DNA from: an uncultured Planctomycetota bacterium
GTDB taxonomy: Bacteria; Planctomycetota; Planctomycetia; Gemmatales; Gemmataceae
DNA: 64,000 nucleotides
Direction of reading: 5' to 3'
Assembly: GCA_963849325.1 (NCBI GenBank)
Contig: CAWKHF010000012.1
Coordinates: 448,001 to 512,000 of the forward strand
In this document: piece by piece, positions 11,174 to 22,874 of the stretch
How positions within the stretch are numbered: position 1 is the stretch's first letter
Layout of the letters: each line of letters begins with the position of its first letter
Notes under the pieces: model-generated
The model's input: the letters and a program-made list of their open reading frames with translations, nothing else
What the model was told of the DNA's origin: nothing
Database searches by the model: none
Translations under genes and position numbers: made by a program

Positions 11174-11564
11174 GTCCTTCGTCGGGACCATCCGTCGTGG
11201 CCTCCCCCAGAGGGTTGTGGGCGAAGATCCACTCCGTGATCGGTTGCCCTTCAACGAGGTGCTGCCGCACCAAGCGCGGGATGCGCTCGGCGGTCATGCC
11301 GTGATACCACGTCCCTTCGGGATAGACGAGCAGGGTCGGTCCATGACAGCAGATGCGCAGGCAGCCGACCTTGGTGCGGTAACAGGCGTTGTCGCCGCCG
11401 CCGAGGTTGTGCTGCTTGATTTGCTGCTTCAGGGCGTCCCACGCGGCTTGCCCTTCCTCCGGCGTACAGCAGTTCGGTCCCGTACACAGCAGGACGTGCC
11501 GCCGATAGGAGCCGATGCCGAGCTTCGCGGCGACCGCTTCGAGTTGTTCTTCTTCTCCAGCCAT
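11166..11564 (-). CDS. Thioredoxin-like (2Fe-2S) ferredoxin
   Basis: RHVLLCTGPNCC, GCLRICCHGPTLLVYPEGTWY. Confidence 0.85.
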   Translation of the reverse strand: MAGEEEQLEAVAAKLGIGSYRRHVLLCTGPNCCTPEEGQAAWDALKQQIKQHNLGGGDNACYRTKVGCLRICCHGPTLLVYPEGTWYHGMTAERIPRLVRQHLVEGQPITEWIFAHNPLGEATTDGPDEGLV

Positions 11565-11579
11565 GATCTCCTCCCGCGT

Positions 11580-14500
11580 TCATCCGGCATGGACGTTCGG
11601 CGCGGGCGAACGCATCGCCAGGCGGATGCGCCGCGCCATCTCCGCGAAAAGCAGCACCGAGGCCGTGCCTCCCAGGATGCACAGCCAATCGACTAGCCCC
11701 AGCGGCTCGACCTTGAAGATGTGGCCGATCCATGGCACGCTGATGATGAGCGCCTGCACGATCGCCACGATGCCGGCGATCGTCAGGAACGTCGGATTGT
11801 TGCCGAGGCCGCTCAGCCCACTCGTCTGGGGCGTCAGCGAACGGCAGTTGATCTCGTTCCACACCTGGAAAAAGATGTAGACCGTGAAGAAGATACTCAC
11901 CTGGCGGACGTTCAGGTCGCCGAACTCCCAATCGTCGGGATTGGGTCCGCTGCCGACCGCGAACCAGTGACGGTACGTCATCCCCCACAGCAGGACCATC
12001 ATGACGACGACGAAGAAGGCCGCCGTCGAGAAGATCGTCTTGACCATCGCGGGCGTGACGATGTTCTCGTCCTTGCGCTTGGGCGGCACCTGCATCATGC
12101 CCGGCCGCGGCGGCTCCGAACACAGGGCGATCGATGCGAACGTGTCCATGATGACGTTGATCCACAACAGTTGCAGCACCGTGAATGGCGGACGGACGCC
12201 GAAGAACGGCCCCAAAAAGGCGATGGTCAAGGCACTAACGTTGATGGTCAGCTGGAACTGGATGAAGCGCTGAATGTTCTCGTACAAGGACCGGCCCCAG
12301 TGGACGGCCTTGACGATGGTGGAAAAGGCGTCGTCCAGCAGCACGATCTTGCTGGCTTCCTTGGCGACCTCGGTTCCGGCAATGCCCATCGCCAGGCCGA
12401 CGTCGGCCTTCTTCAGTGCCGGCGCGTCGTTGGTGCCATCGCCGGTCACGGCAACGACGTGCTGCCGCTCCTGTAACAGCTCGACCATCTTGTACTTGTC
12501 CAGCGGCCGCGCCGGGCCAGCACGCGCAACCCCGTCAGCTGTCCCATCAGTGCGTTGCGCTGGCGAACCTCGGCCTCCGACAGATCGGTGTGGTCTTTCA
12601 GCTCCTTGAGCTGGGCGAATTGTTCGTTGAACTTCGGACTCGTCAGGACAACGGCGTCCGGCGTGTCGATGGCCGCGTCGCGGCGATCGACGAGGCCGAT
12701 GTCGGCGGCGATGGCGCGGGCCGTCTCAACGTTGTCGCCGGTGATCATCTTGACCTCGATGCCGGCCCGGCGACACTGCTCGAACGGCGTCCTTCACATC
12801 GTCGCGCAGCGGATCGCGGATGGCGACGAAGCCGGCGAAGACGAGACCGGATTCGAGGGCGTCGCGCCGGCCGTGCAGCGCCTCGTCGTCGGTGGGGGTG
12901 TCGGCGGGGAGCACCGCGTAACCGAACGCCAGGGTCCGCATCGCTTGGCTGGCCGAGTCTTTCAGGGCCGCTTGCACCGCCCCGCGCGCTTCGGTCGTCC
13001 ATTCGCGGCTGTTACCGTCCGACGCCTGGTAGTGCGTACACCGTTCCAGCAACCACTCCGGCACCCCTTGACCAGCACTACCAGCCGCTCGCCGTACTGG
13101 ACAACGGTGGTCATGCGCTTGCGCTCGGAGGAGAAGTGGACCTGATACAGAGGAGCGAATTGCAGACGCAGCTTTTGATATTCCAGGCCGGCCTCATGCA
13201 GCCATTGCAGCAGGGCGCCCTCCGTTGAATTGCCGACCGTGAGGAGTTTGCCGTTTTTCTCTTCCAGGTTGGCGGTCGAGTTGACGGCGGCGTTCAGGAC
13301 GATCCAGTCGAGCGGCTGCCCATCGCGCGGCCAGGTACGTTGCTTGTCCGGCAGTGCCCATTGCGATGAGCCGCGGTCGTGGATCTGGCCGTCCCAGAAA
13401 ACGCGAACCACCTGCATCTTGTTTTGCGTCAGCGTGCCGGTCTTGTCCGAACAGATGACCGTCGCCGAGCCGATCGTCTCGCACGCCACGAGCTGCCGCA
13501 CGAGACTGTTGGCGCGGGTCATCTTTTGCATGGCCAGGGCCAGCGACACGGTCACGCTCATCGGCAGCCCCTCGGGCACGGCCACGACGATGATGATGAC
13601 CATGTACACGAAGTAGCTGAGCAGCGCCTTGCTGCTGGCCAGCAAGGCTTCGCCGGTGGAGGCTTCCATCTCGCCGTTTGGATCGGGCAGATGGGTGGTC
13701 GGATTGACGTGCTCCGGATACCAGCGAACCTCGTGGGTATACAGACCGCGAGCCAACAAGGCGACGAAGATCGCAATGGCCGCAATGTAACCGACGTTGC
13801 TGATGAGATCGGCCAGGTTCTTCAGCTTGACCTGGAGCGGCGTCAGTTCCTTCGAGATGGTCAGCTTGTGCTTGACGCGATTCTCCTCGGTATCGGCCGC
13901 CGCTCGGGGCGCTGACGCATCCCCGCTCGCCTCTTCTTCTTCCTCGTCCTCGGCCGACAGGCGGCGAGCGATCTGGCCCAGGGCCGTCGCGTCGCCGACC
14001 TCGGCGACGAGCATCTGACCGACACCATCGACCACCTGCGTACCGCGATAAAGGCAACCGGGCTGGTCCGGCCCCTCGGCGCGTTCCTTGGACGGCTGCA
14101 CTCGTTTGCGCACCGGCTCGGATTCGCCGGTCATCAACGATTGATCGACGTACAAATCCGTGGCCTTGACGAGCCGGCCGTCGGCCGGGATCTCATCGCC
14201 GGTTTCCAGCATGACGGCGTCGCCAACGCGCACGTCTTCGAGAGGGGCCGTGTGGATGGAGCCGTCGCGGAGCAGCTTGACGCGGAGTGAATCTTTGTGG
14301 GCGTTGAGCACCTCAAACTCACGGTCGCTCTTGTATTCGCTGAGGAAGGCGACGCCGGTGGCGAGAATGACCGCCACCATCACGGCCAATCCCTCGACCG
14401 ACGGATGGCGCACCGCGATCAGCCCCACGAAGAACAGCACGAGGGCCGATACGAACAGGATGCTCGGCACCCAGTTCCCCTTGCCCTGCGCGAACGCCGC

Positions 14501-14776
14501 AGAGATGATCGCTGCCACCGCGATCAGTGCGATGCCGGCGAGTCCCGGCCGACCCTGGAATAGATCGACGAACATCGACAACAGCGCCGCCGCGAGCAGG
14601 ACCTTGATGATCGGCTCGTCGAACTTTTCGAGGAACTTCTTCCACAACGGTTCGCGCGGCAGCGGCGTCAGTTTGTTGACGCCGAATTGTTGCGAGCTTT
14701 GGGCGACGGCGGCGGCGCTGAGGCCGTTCTCGGAGGCGCCGGGGAACAGTTGCTCGATCTCGTGGAGGGTGCGCAT
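11580..14776 (-). CDS. Calcium-translocating P-type ATPase, PMCA (P2B)-like (frameshifts near 13065, 12780, 12505)
   Basis: TGES, VAVPEGLP, CSDKTGT, TGDN, TGDGTNDAPAL, FIQFQLTINV, QLLWINVIMDT. Confidence 0.9.
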
Positions 14777-14792
14777 ACGCTCCTCAAAAAAG

Positions 14793-14867
14793 CCACCCTG
14801 TCCGAGCCGCGAGCGTCAGCGAGCGGAACAGCCCCGCTCGCTGACGCTCGCGGCTCGGACAGGGTGG
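14793..14867. repeat. REP-like palindrome between frr and the ATPase gene
   Basis: Long inverted repeat, same family as 467 and 5946. Confidence 0.85.
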
Positions 14868-14885
14868 ATGCCAGCGGCCCGGCTG

Positions 14886-15446
14886 TCACTGCTCCAGGAT
14901 TTCCGTTTCCTTCTTCTCCGCCATCTCCGTGATTTTCTCTTCGTACTGCTTCAACAGGGCTTGCACTTCTTCCTTGCCCTTGTCGCGTTCGTCCTCGGTC
15001 ATCTCCTTGGCCTTCTCGGCCTGGTCGAAGTGCTTGTTGCCGTCGCGGCGGATGTTGCGGCAGGCGACCTTGGCGTCCTCGGCGGACTTCTTGATGCGCT
15101 GCACCATTTTCTTGCGCTGCTCGCCGCTCATGGGCGGCACTTGCAAACGGATCATCTTGCCGTCGCTGTTGGGCGACATGCCAAGGTCGCTGGAGCGAAT
15201 GGCCTTCTCGATGTCCTTGAGGACGCTGGTATCGTAGGGCCGAATGACGATCTGTTGCGGATCGGGCGTGCTGATCTGGGCCATTTGCTTCAAGGGCGTC
15301 GGCGAGCCGTAGTATTCGACGCGCAGACTATCCACCAGGGCGGGAGTGGCCCGGCCCGTGCGCAGACCGCGCAGCTCGTCGCGGAAGACGTTGACCGCCT
15401 TGTCCATGCGCTCTTCCGTGTCCAGAAGGATTTCGTCGCTTGTCAT
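14886..15446 (-). CDS. frr: Ribosome recycling factor
   Basis: LRTGRATP, YYGSPTPL, RNIRRD; downstream of pyrH. Confidence 0.97.
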   Translation of the reverse strand: MTSDEILLDTEERMDKAVNVFRDELRGLRTGRATPALVDSLRVEYYGSPTPLKQMAQISTPDPQQIVIRPYDTSVLKDIEKAIRSSDLGMSPNSDGKMIRLQVPPMSGEQRKKMVQRIKKSAEDAKVACRNIRRDGNKHFDQAEKAKEMTEDERDKGKEEVQALLKQYEEKITEMAEKKETEILEQ

Positions 15447-15462
15447 GTTCGCACCTGTTCCC

Positions 15463-15535
15463 AAGTTCTGAGTTCTGAGTTCTGAGTTCTGAGTTCTTTT
15501 TTCACTCAGAACTCAGAACTCAGAACTCAGAACTT
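15463..15535. repeat. Inverted heptamer tandem array (AGTTCTG)n / (CAGAACT)n
   Basis: About 4 units per arm forming a hairpin between pyrH and frr. Confidence 0.9.
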
Positions 15536-15537
15536 AC

Positions 15538-16284
15538 TTACAGGCTGACCAGAGTGCCGATGGGATGGCCGGCGATGGCCCGTTCGATGTTGCCTTCCTG
15601 TTTAAAGTTGAAGACGAGAATGGGCATCTTGGCTTCCTGGCACAGGCTGATCGCGGCCATGTCCATTACCTGCAAATTATCGCGGAGCACCTGGTGGTAT
15701 GTCAACTTTTCGTAACGCACGGCATGGGGGTTGATCTCCGGCGGAGCGCTGTAGACGCCATCGACCTTGGTGGCCTTGAGGAGAATGTCGGCCTGTAGCT
15801 CGCGGGCGCGCAGGGCGGCGGCGGTGTCGGTGGTGACGAACGGGTTGCCGGTGCCGCCGGCGAGGATGACGATGCGTCCCTTCTCCAGATGGCGGGTGCA
15901 ACGACGGCGGATGTACGGCTCGGCGACCGTTTCCATGCGGATGGCCGTCTGCAAGCGCGTCTGGCAGTTGAGGCTTTCGAGGGCGTCCTGCAGCGCCAGG
16001 CCGTTGAGCACGGTGGCGAGCATGCCCATGTAATGGGCGGTGCCCTCCTTGATGACCTCACCGCCGGCGCTGAACTGGGCGCCGCGGAGGATGTTGCCGC
16101 CGCCGACCACGATGGCGAGTTGGGCGCCGCGCTCGACGATGCGCTGGGCCTGGCGAGCGATGTTCAGCGTCTCGTCGATGCTGATGCCGCTTTTGCCGGG
16201 GTAGCCGAACCCCTCGCCGCTCAATTTGAGGATGACGCGCCGATACTTCGGCCGCAGCGGGTCGTGACTGGCGTGTTCGTCCAT
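15538..16284 (-). CDS. pyrH: UMP kinase
   Basis: [43 protein letters not shown]. Confidence 0.97.
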   Translation of the reverse strand: MDEHASHDPLRPKYRRVILKLSGEGFGYPGKSGISIDETLNIARQAQRIVERGAQLAIVVGGGNILRGAQFSAGGEVIKEGTAHYMGMLATVLNGLALQDALESLNCQTRLQTAIRMETVAEPYIRRRCTRHLEKGRIVILAGGTGNPFVTTDTAAALRARELQADILLKATKVDGVYSAPPEINPHAVRYEKLTYHQVLRDNLQVMDMAAISLCQEAKMPILVFNFKQEGNIERAIAGHPIGTLVSL

Positions 16285-16407
16285 GAAGTTCTTCCGGAGG
16301 GGATCGGTTTGGACTAAAGCTCTCCGGGATTATACGAGCGCCTGCAAACAACGGCGAGCGGGCGCGTGATGGCCACGGGGGAAAGCGGATCGCGTGATCG
16401 CGGCGTT

Positions 16408-16907
16408 TCAGACGGGGGCGTAGCGCGTCAGACCGGGCACGCGGTCGAAGTCGGTGTCGTTACTGGCGAGATTGGTCAGCCCATTCGCCTGCATCACGGC
16501 CACGATCAAGCCATCATTGAACAGAAGCCCCATTTGCTGGCTCAGCGCGACCGACGCAGCCACTAGGTTCGCCGTGGTGAGGATGATCTGGAGTTTGCTC
16601 TGAACAACTTCCTCAATGGCGAGGCGAAAGCGGCTCAATCGGCTGACGTTGGCGGGGTGTGTCCGCAGGCGATTGCCGATGCCCGCCACCGGCCAGTTCC
16701 ACAACGCGATGGCCTCCAGCGTCATCAGGCGATGGGCCGTTTCGCCCAAGATGTGCGTGGTGGTGACGCCGGAAAGCTCGCCGCGCTCGATCCGTCCCAT
16801 CAAGTCCGTACACGGGGCCCAAAGTGCGGGTGAGTCGAAAAATGATAAACCAAGGTGTTGGCGTCGATAAAGACCGTCGTGCTAGCCGGCAGGTCCGTGA
16901 AAATCAT
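16408..16907 (-). CDS. vapC: PIN-domain (VapC-like) toxin (1-nt frameshift near 16820)
   Basis: MIFTDLPASTTVFIDANT..NDGLIVA..SNDTDFDRVPG; 500 nt versus the 501-nt paralogue at 55311. Confidence 0.85.
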
Positions 16908-17122
16908 GGGATCTCCGGCGGAGGAGGATAATCGAGTTCGGCGTCCTCCGCCGCCCATTCGATTATCCGCGCATCCATGCAGGGAATGATGCCGGCCGTC
17001 TGTTCGACCCAGCTTGGGCCCGTATACACGGTAATCGTCACTTTCTCCTGTTCCTTCAGTGGCAGTGGCTCGACCGGCTTGAGGACACCATTCTCGTAAA
17101 TCGCTTCAATCGTCAAAGGCAT
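16904..17122 (-). CDS. Antitoxin, DUF104/AF2212-like
   Basis: MPLTIEAIYENGVLKP; ATGA overlap with the PIN toxin. Confidence 0.85.
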   Translation of the reverse strand: MPLTIEAIYENGVLKPVEPLPLKEQEKVTITVYTGPSWVEQTAGIIPCMDARIIEWAAEDAELDYPPPPEIP

Positions 17123-17197
17123 GGGGGCACTCCTCCGGAATAGGACCGAGAACCAACCGCCATTGTACGTAGACAAGGCAGCCGTTGCTCCTCTCGC

Positions 17198-18315
17198 TTA
17201 CATGCTCAGCACCCGATCGCGCGCCGCGATGTCCCACGACCCGATCACCTCGCCGTTCTCGATCACGTAAGCCGAGCGGTGCAGGGCGACGGTCGGACAG
17301 ATGTGCGTCGGCACGGCGAAGATCTCGTCGCCGGGACGGTAGCGATCCGCGGCGGGCGTCTCGACGACGAAGTGTTCCTCATTCTGCAAGATCGGTTCAT
17401 AGTCGTGTACGTCGAGCAAGACGCAGCGCTTGCCGGCCGGCGGATCGCTGGCCACCGCCTTATAGCCGAGATCGAGCGTCAGGCGCGTCGGCGTCGGCCG
17501 GCTGACGACGCGCGTCAACAACAGGGCGGCGGGCGTGAAGCCGACGAGGTCGGCGTAGCGCGTGCCGTAGCCGTGGTCGTGCAGCACCAGCGTCCCCGGT
17601 GAGCACTCCAGGCCGGGCACGTCCAGCCGAGCGAAGACGGGGAAGGTCGGCGTGCCGCCGGCGACGAAGCGCGCGACCGGCAAACCCTTCTGTTCGAGGC
17701 TCGTCCGCAGTTTGAAGACCGGCTCCATCTGCGTCCGCACGGCGCTCTGCCGTTCGAGAAAACTCTCCTGATGATTGTGGCCGTCATAGACGTGCAGGCC
17801 GCCGGGCGCAAACCGGGCGAACGATGGATTATCTCGTACAGCTCGACGGCCTCGGCGCCCGGCGCGATGCCGGTGCGATGCTGGCCGATGTCGATGTCGA
17901 GCAGCACGTCCACCTCTTGCCCCTCGGCCGACAGGGCGTGCGACAGGGCCATGATCCCCGCGGGATGATCGGCGAGGACGGAGAAGCGACACTGCGGATA
18001 GGCGCGGAGCAGCCGAGCCAGGCGTCCGCAGTTGGGTCCGACGAGCGGGTAAGAGATCAACACGTCCGGGGCGCCGCACGAGGCGACCATTTCCGCCTCG
18101 GCGATGGTGGCGCACTTGTGCCGGGTGATGCCGGATTCCAACTCCAGGCGAATGATCTCGCGCGTCTTGTGCGTCTTGGCGTGCGGGCGAAGACGATCCG
18201 GCGAGCCGACCAACTCGACGGCGCGAGCGATGTTGTCGCGGATCAGGTTCTTATAGAAGAGCAGCGCGGGGCTGTAAATGCGCGAGGTATCGCGGACGGC
18301 ATATTGGGGGTTCAT
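17198..18315 (-). CDS. D-threonine aldolase-like / DSD1 family PLP enzyme (frameshift near 17800)
   Basis: LRPHAKTHK, CATIAEAE, HRTGI, YDGH, GGTPTF, NEEH, PTHICPTV. Confidence 0.88.
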
Positions 18316-18465
18316 GGGAGGTTCTCCCGAGTTCATGTCCGAGGTCGCCGGTCAGAGAAAATTATACGCGGACGATCCTCGCTTTTCCCTTCTCCTCTCT
18401 TGCACTCGCCGGTTAACGCGATACGATCAGACGGTCCTCCCTCGTTTCCTTCCGGGGTGTCCACC

Positions 18466-20597
18466 ATGTTGCGCCGCCACGTACTTGCCGCGATCCTTCT
18501 GTCTCTTGTCCCGTTCCGCCTTCACGCGGCAGATGCCTCGGCCGACACGGCGCGCGGCGATCATCTGCGCGATGCCTATTTCCGCCAGCAAGTGAAAGAC
18601 ATCGCCGACACCGACCTCGCCAACATCAAGACACGCGCCGACTGGGAAAAGAAGCGTCCCGAGTATCGCCGCCAGTTTCTCGACATGCTCGGCCTGTGGC
18701 CGCTGCCGCCGCGCACCGACCTGCACGCCACCGTCACCGGCAAGGTCGAGACGGATCTGTTCACCGTCGAAAAGCTGCACTTCCAGTCCAGTCCCGGATT
18801 GTACGTCACCGCGAACCTCTACGTCCCCAAGCGTGCCGCACTGCCCGCTCCCGCGATCCTGTACGTCTGCGGCCACGCCAACACGGTCCTCGACAAGGTG
18901 TCCTACGGCAGCAAGGTCAACTACCAGCATCATCCGGCCTGGTTCGCGGAACACGGCTACGTCTGCCTGATCCTCGACACCCTGGAACTGGGCGAGATTC
19001 CGGGCGAGCATCACGGCACCTTCCGGCGCGGCATGTGGTGGTGGCAGGCGCTCGGCTACACGCCGGCCGGCATCGAATGCTGGAACGCGATGCGGGCGCT
19101 GGATTACCTGCAAACGCGCAAGGAAGTGGATGCCAAGCGCATCGGCGTCACCGGCCGTTCGGGCGGCGGAGCGACGTCGTGGTGGGTGGCGGCGGCCGAC
19201 GAACGACCGCAGTGCATCATCCCCGTGGCCGGCATCGCCGACCTGTATGCGCACGTCGTTGAGGGGGTTGCTCCGCGCTTCCGCCACGGCGTCATCTCCG
19301 GCCATTGCGACTGCATGTATTTCGTCAACACCTATCGCTGGGACTTCGGCCGGGTCATCGCCCTGTGTGCGCCGCGGCCGTTGCTCCTGGGCAACAGCGA
19401 CCAGGACGACATCTTCCCCGTCGCCGGCTATCGCCGTCTCGCCGACAAGGTCCGACACATCTATGAGCTGTATGGAGCGGCGGACCATTTCGCCCTGATG
19501 GAGACGAAGGGGCCGCACAAGGACACGCCGGAATTGCGGCGAGGCGCCTATCAGTGGATGAACCGCTGGCTGAAAAACGACCGCAGCGCCGTGAGCGAGC
19601 GCGAGGTGCCGCGTCTGACGCCGCAGCAGCTCAAGGTGTTCGATCGTCTGCCGGCCGACGCGATCAATGCGACCATCCACGAATCGTTTCTCAAGCCAGC
19701 GAAGATCGAGCAGCCGCAGACGCCGGCGGTGACGCGGGAGTGGTGGAAGGGCCGCGCCCCGAATTGCTGGAAGAGCTGCGCAAGCGCGTCTTCCACGGTT
19801 GGCCGGACAATCCGCCGCCGCTGAACGCTCGGCGCGCTCAGGATGTCAAACACAATGGATTGCGCCTCCGCGCCTACGACTTCGTCAGCGAAGATCAGGT
19901 CGAGCTGCGGCTGTGGCTGATGACCGCCGAGAAGGTCGAGAAACCGACGCTGGTGGTCCTCAACGCCCTGGACGAACCCGGCTGGAGTGAGTGGGTCGCG
20001 GACCTTGGCCCCGCCTTCAAGGAAGCGCTGCAGCTGAGTGCCGAGCCGAAGCTGGACGCGGCCCGCTTCGCGCAAAACCTCAAGACGCTGGAGTTCCATC
20101 GCTGGGCGTTCGCAGCCGTTACGCCGCGCGGCATCGGCCCGACGCGCTGGTCCGAGGTCAGTCCGTTCGACGGCAAACCGGCCGGCCATCAGATTCGCCG
20201 CCGCTTTGCGCTGCTCGGTCAGACGCTCGACGGCCAGCGCGTCTGGGACGTGCGCCGCGCCCTGGCCTGCCTGCGCACGGTGCCCGATCTCAAGGACGTC
20301 CCGTTGTGGCTGCAAGGCAAGAACGACATGGCCGGCATCGCGCTGTACGCGGCGCTGTTCGAGCCGGACGTGGCGCGACTGGACCTGTGGCATCCGCCCG
20401 CGTCGCACCGACAGGGGCCGATCTTCCTCAACGTGCTGCGCGTGCTCGACATGCCGCAGGCCGTGGCGCTGGCCTTCCCGCGCAAGGTCCGTCTCTACGT
20501 CAAGGACGATGACGAAGCCAAGGCGTGGGAGTGGCCGATGCGGTTACAAAAGGCGCTGGGACAGGATTATTTGCAGATACGTCGAGTCGGAGAGTAG
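18466..20597 (+). CDS. Secreted alpha/beta hydrolase (acetyl xylan esterase-like) (frameshift near 19755)
   Basis: Signal peptide; YVTANLYVP, LYVCGH, GVTGRSGGG nucleophile elbow, GHCDCMY. Confidence 0.85.
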
Positions 20598-20613
20598 GCG
20601 CGGACTTGGAACA

Positions 20614-20856
20614 TCACGGCTTCTCCAGGCTTTTCAGATGTTCCATCACCTCTTCGAGACTGTACCATTCCGTCGATTGTTCTCGCCGCTTCAACTCTTC
20701 CTCGCTGACATCCGGCGAGACCTGCTCCCATTGCGACAGATCGATCAGGGGGACGAATCGTCCGAGCACTCGTCCCGAAGGATCGCACAGCTCAACGGGA
20801 CGGCCGAGTTCGCTCAGCTTGCTGGACACGCCGGCATCGAGGATGATCTGTGTCAT
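20614..20856 (-). CDS. Small hypothetical protein (possibly antitoxin-like)
   Basis: Clean 80-aa ORF with GGAG upstream; PVELCDPSGRVLGRF..SEEELKRR..YSLEEVMEHL. Confidence 0.65.
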   Translation of the reverse strand: MTQIILDAGVSSKLSELGRPVELCDPSGRVLGRFVPLIDLSQWEQVSPDVSEEELKRREQSTEWYSLEEVMEHLKSLEKP

Positions 20857-20933
20857 GGCATAGGCTCCTTGGTTCGATCTCTTGCCCCCATTCTATCCTT
20901 GTCGGTTCCACGGCTGGTAGAGGAAATGGAACG

Positions 20934-21149
20934 TCAACCCTCGTCGGGCCGTTTCGCCATCCTCTCCAGCGCTCCATTGATTTGACGGCGGAGCGCTTCG
21001 AGTTCATCCCAGCCGGCGCCGAGACGAGTGGAAAAGTCCGGCAGGTCCAGGCCATGACATACTTCGTTGAGGGCGTTGTTGACGAGGATCAGCTCATTGT
21101 GGCTGAGATCCAGCACGACATGATTGGCATCGCTCTCGCGGATGTGCAT
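20934..21149 (-). CDS. Small hypothetical protein
   Basis: 71-aa ORF after GAGG; ELILVNNALNEVCHG..FSTRLG. Confidence 0.6.
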   Translation of the reverse strand: MHIRESDANHVVLDLSHNELILVNNALNEVCHGLDLPDFSTRLGAGWDELEALRRQINGALERMAKRPDEG

Positions 21150-21183
21150 GAGAAACCTCGTTTTCTCCCCGTCACCGGACGCT

Positions 21184-21960
21184 TCATTCTATCCCGCTCT
21201 TTTGTGCGTCAGCAAGCGGCGGCAGATGACGTAAACTGTACGGCACCTCCAGGCCGTGCGCCTCCATCAGCGCCGCGTTCCGCAGTACGTCCGCCGCCGG
21301 GCCGTCCGCCTTGATCCGGCCGCGATCGAGCAGCAGCACCCGGCCGCACGTTTGCAAGATCAACTCCAGATCATGGGAAGCGATCATCCGCGTGCCGCCG
21401 AGCGCGTGCAACAGATGAATCAGCTCGCGCCGACCGCGCGGGTCGAGATACATCGACGGTTCATCCAACAGCAGGATGCTCGGCCTCATCGCCAGCACGC
21501 CGGCCAGGGCGACGCGCCGCTTTTCGCCGCCGGAGAGGTGGAAAGGCACGCGCTCGTCCATCCCGGTCAGACCGACGCGCTCCAGCGCCTCGGCGACTCG
21601 TTTGCGCACCTCCTCGGGAGATAATTCCAGGTTGAGGGGGCCGAAGGCCACGTCGTCGAAGACGGTGGCGTTGAAAAGCTGGTCGTCGCTGTTCTGGAAG
21701 ACGATGCCGACCTGGCCGGGCAGGCGGCGGCGCTGGGCCGCGTCGTGCAGGTCCAGGCCGCCGACGCGAAGCAGCGACGATTTCGCTAGGAGGACGCCGC
21801 TCAGGCACAGGAAAAGGCTCGTTTTGCCGGCCCCGTTGGGACCGACGAGGCCGACCCTGTCGCCGGCGGCCACGTCGAAAGAAACGCTGTCGAGGGCGGA
21901 TGCTCCGTCGGGATAGGCGAAGCTCAGGTCGCGCACCTGGATGGCGAATGCGGAGGACAC
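21184..21960 (-). CDS. cbiO: Energy-coupling factor transporter ATPase (CbiO-like)
   Basis: GPNGAGKT, FQNSDDQLF, DDVAFGPLN, LSGGEKRR, LLLDEP. Confidence 0.88.
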   Translation of the reverse strand: MSSAFAIQVRDLSFAYPDGASALDSVSFDVAAGDRVGLVGPNGAGKTSLFLCLSGVLLAKSSLLRVGGLDLHDAAQRRRLPGQVGIVFQNSDDQLFNATVFDDVAFGPLNLELSPEEVRKRVAEALERVGLTGMDERVPFHLSGGEKRRVALAGVLAMRPSILLLDEPSMYLDPRGRRELIHLLHALGGTRMIASHDLELILQTCGRVLLLDRGRIKADGPAADVLRNAALMEAHGLEVPYSLRHLPPLADAQKSGIE

Positions 21961-21965
21961 GGCGA

Positions 21966-22740
21966 TCACCCGAGGAAGCGCGGCAGCCAGTCCCAGGCGG
22001 CGAGGGCCGCGGCGCTGGCGGTGATAAGGCCGAACGCCAACACGTCGGCGGGACGCGTGTGAAACGTCGTCAGGGAACGGAAACGCCCATCGAAGCCGCG
22101 GCAGCGCATGGCCTGGCCGACGCGCTCGGCGCGTTCGCAGCCGCGGACGAGGAGGGTGCCGGCGACGTGGCCGGCCGTGCGGTAGCTGTGACGGTTGGCG
22201 CGATTGCGGTAGCCGCGCACGCGCAGGGCGATGCGCAACCGGGCCAGCTCGTCGGCCAGGACGAAGACGTAGCGATAGGTCAGCAGGCCCAGGCTGGACG
22301 AGCAGGCCGGGAATCCGCAAGGCGTGAGCGGCCTTGAGGGTGGCTTCGAGGGGAGCGGTGGCCTGCACGACCAGCAGCAAGGTGACGACCGCCCCCGCCT
22401 TGGCGCCCAGCAGCAGGGCAACCTCGACGCCATGCCAGGAGAGATGAAGCACGCCCCAACTCCAATCCGGTCCCTCGCCGACGAGCAGCCAGGGCAAAGG
22501 CAGCGTGAACAGGGCGAGGAAGAGGGCCAGCGCCCCGAGACGTTGCAGGAACCAGCGCGGCGGCAGACGGGCGAGGAGGGCGAGCAGCAGGGCGGCGGCG
22601 AGCGACAACGCAGCGGCGGTGAGCGTATGCAGGGTGGCCGCGACGGCGGCGGCGATCAGCAGCGCCGCCAGCTTCCAGCGCGGGTCGAGCCGGCTGAGCA
22701 ACGACGGTGTTCGGGGAGGAGCGGAGAAGGCCAGGGTCAT
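21966..22740 (-). CDS. cbiQ: ECF transporter T component (CbiQ-like) (frameshift near 22295)
   Basis: LDPRWKL, LTYRYVFVL, ALRVRG, ERAERVGQAMRCRGF. Confidence 0.85.
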
Positions 22741-22761
22741 CGATGCCGACCGGAGGAAGGA

Positions 22762-22826
22762 TCGGAGCCCCGCAGCATGAGCGAGGGCCAAAGATCACCC
22801 CCTCGCTCACGCGTTCGCGGCTCCGA
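22762..22826. repeat. Degenerate REP-like palindrome
   Basis: TCGGAGCC...GAGCGAGGG / CCCTCGCTC...GGCTCCGA. Confidence 0.7.
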
Positions 22827-22874
22827 ACGGGAAGCGATCAACGTTTCGACGGCGTTGTCCGCATCATCTCGGCT

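Noticed and set aside
20614-21149. Third toxin-antitoxin pair
   Set aside because: Neither small ORF shows a recognisable toxin motif, and they do not overlap as TA genes usually do.
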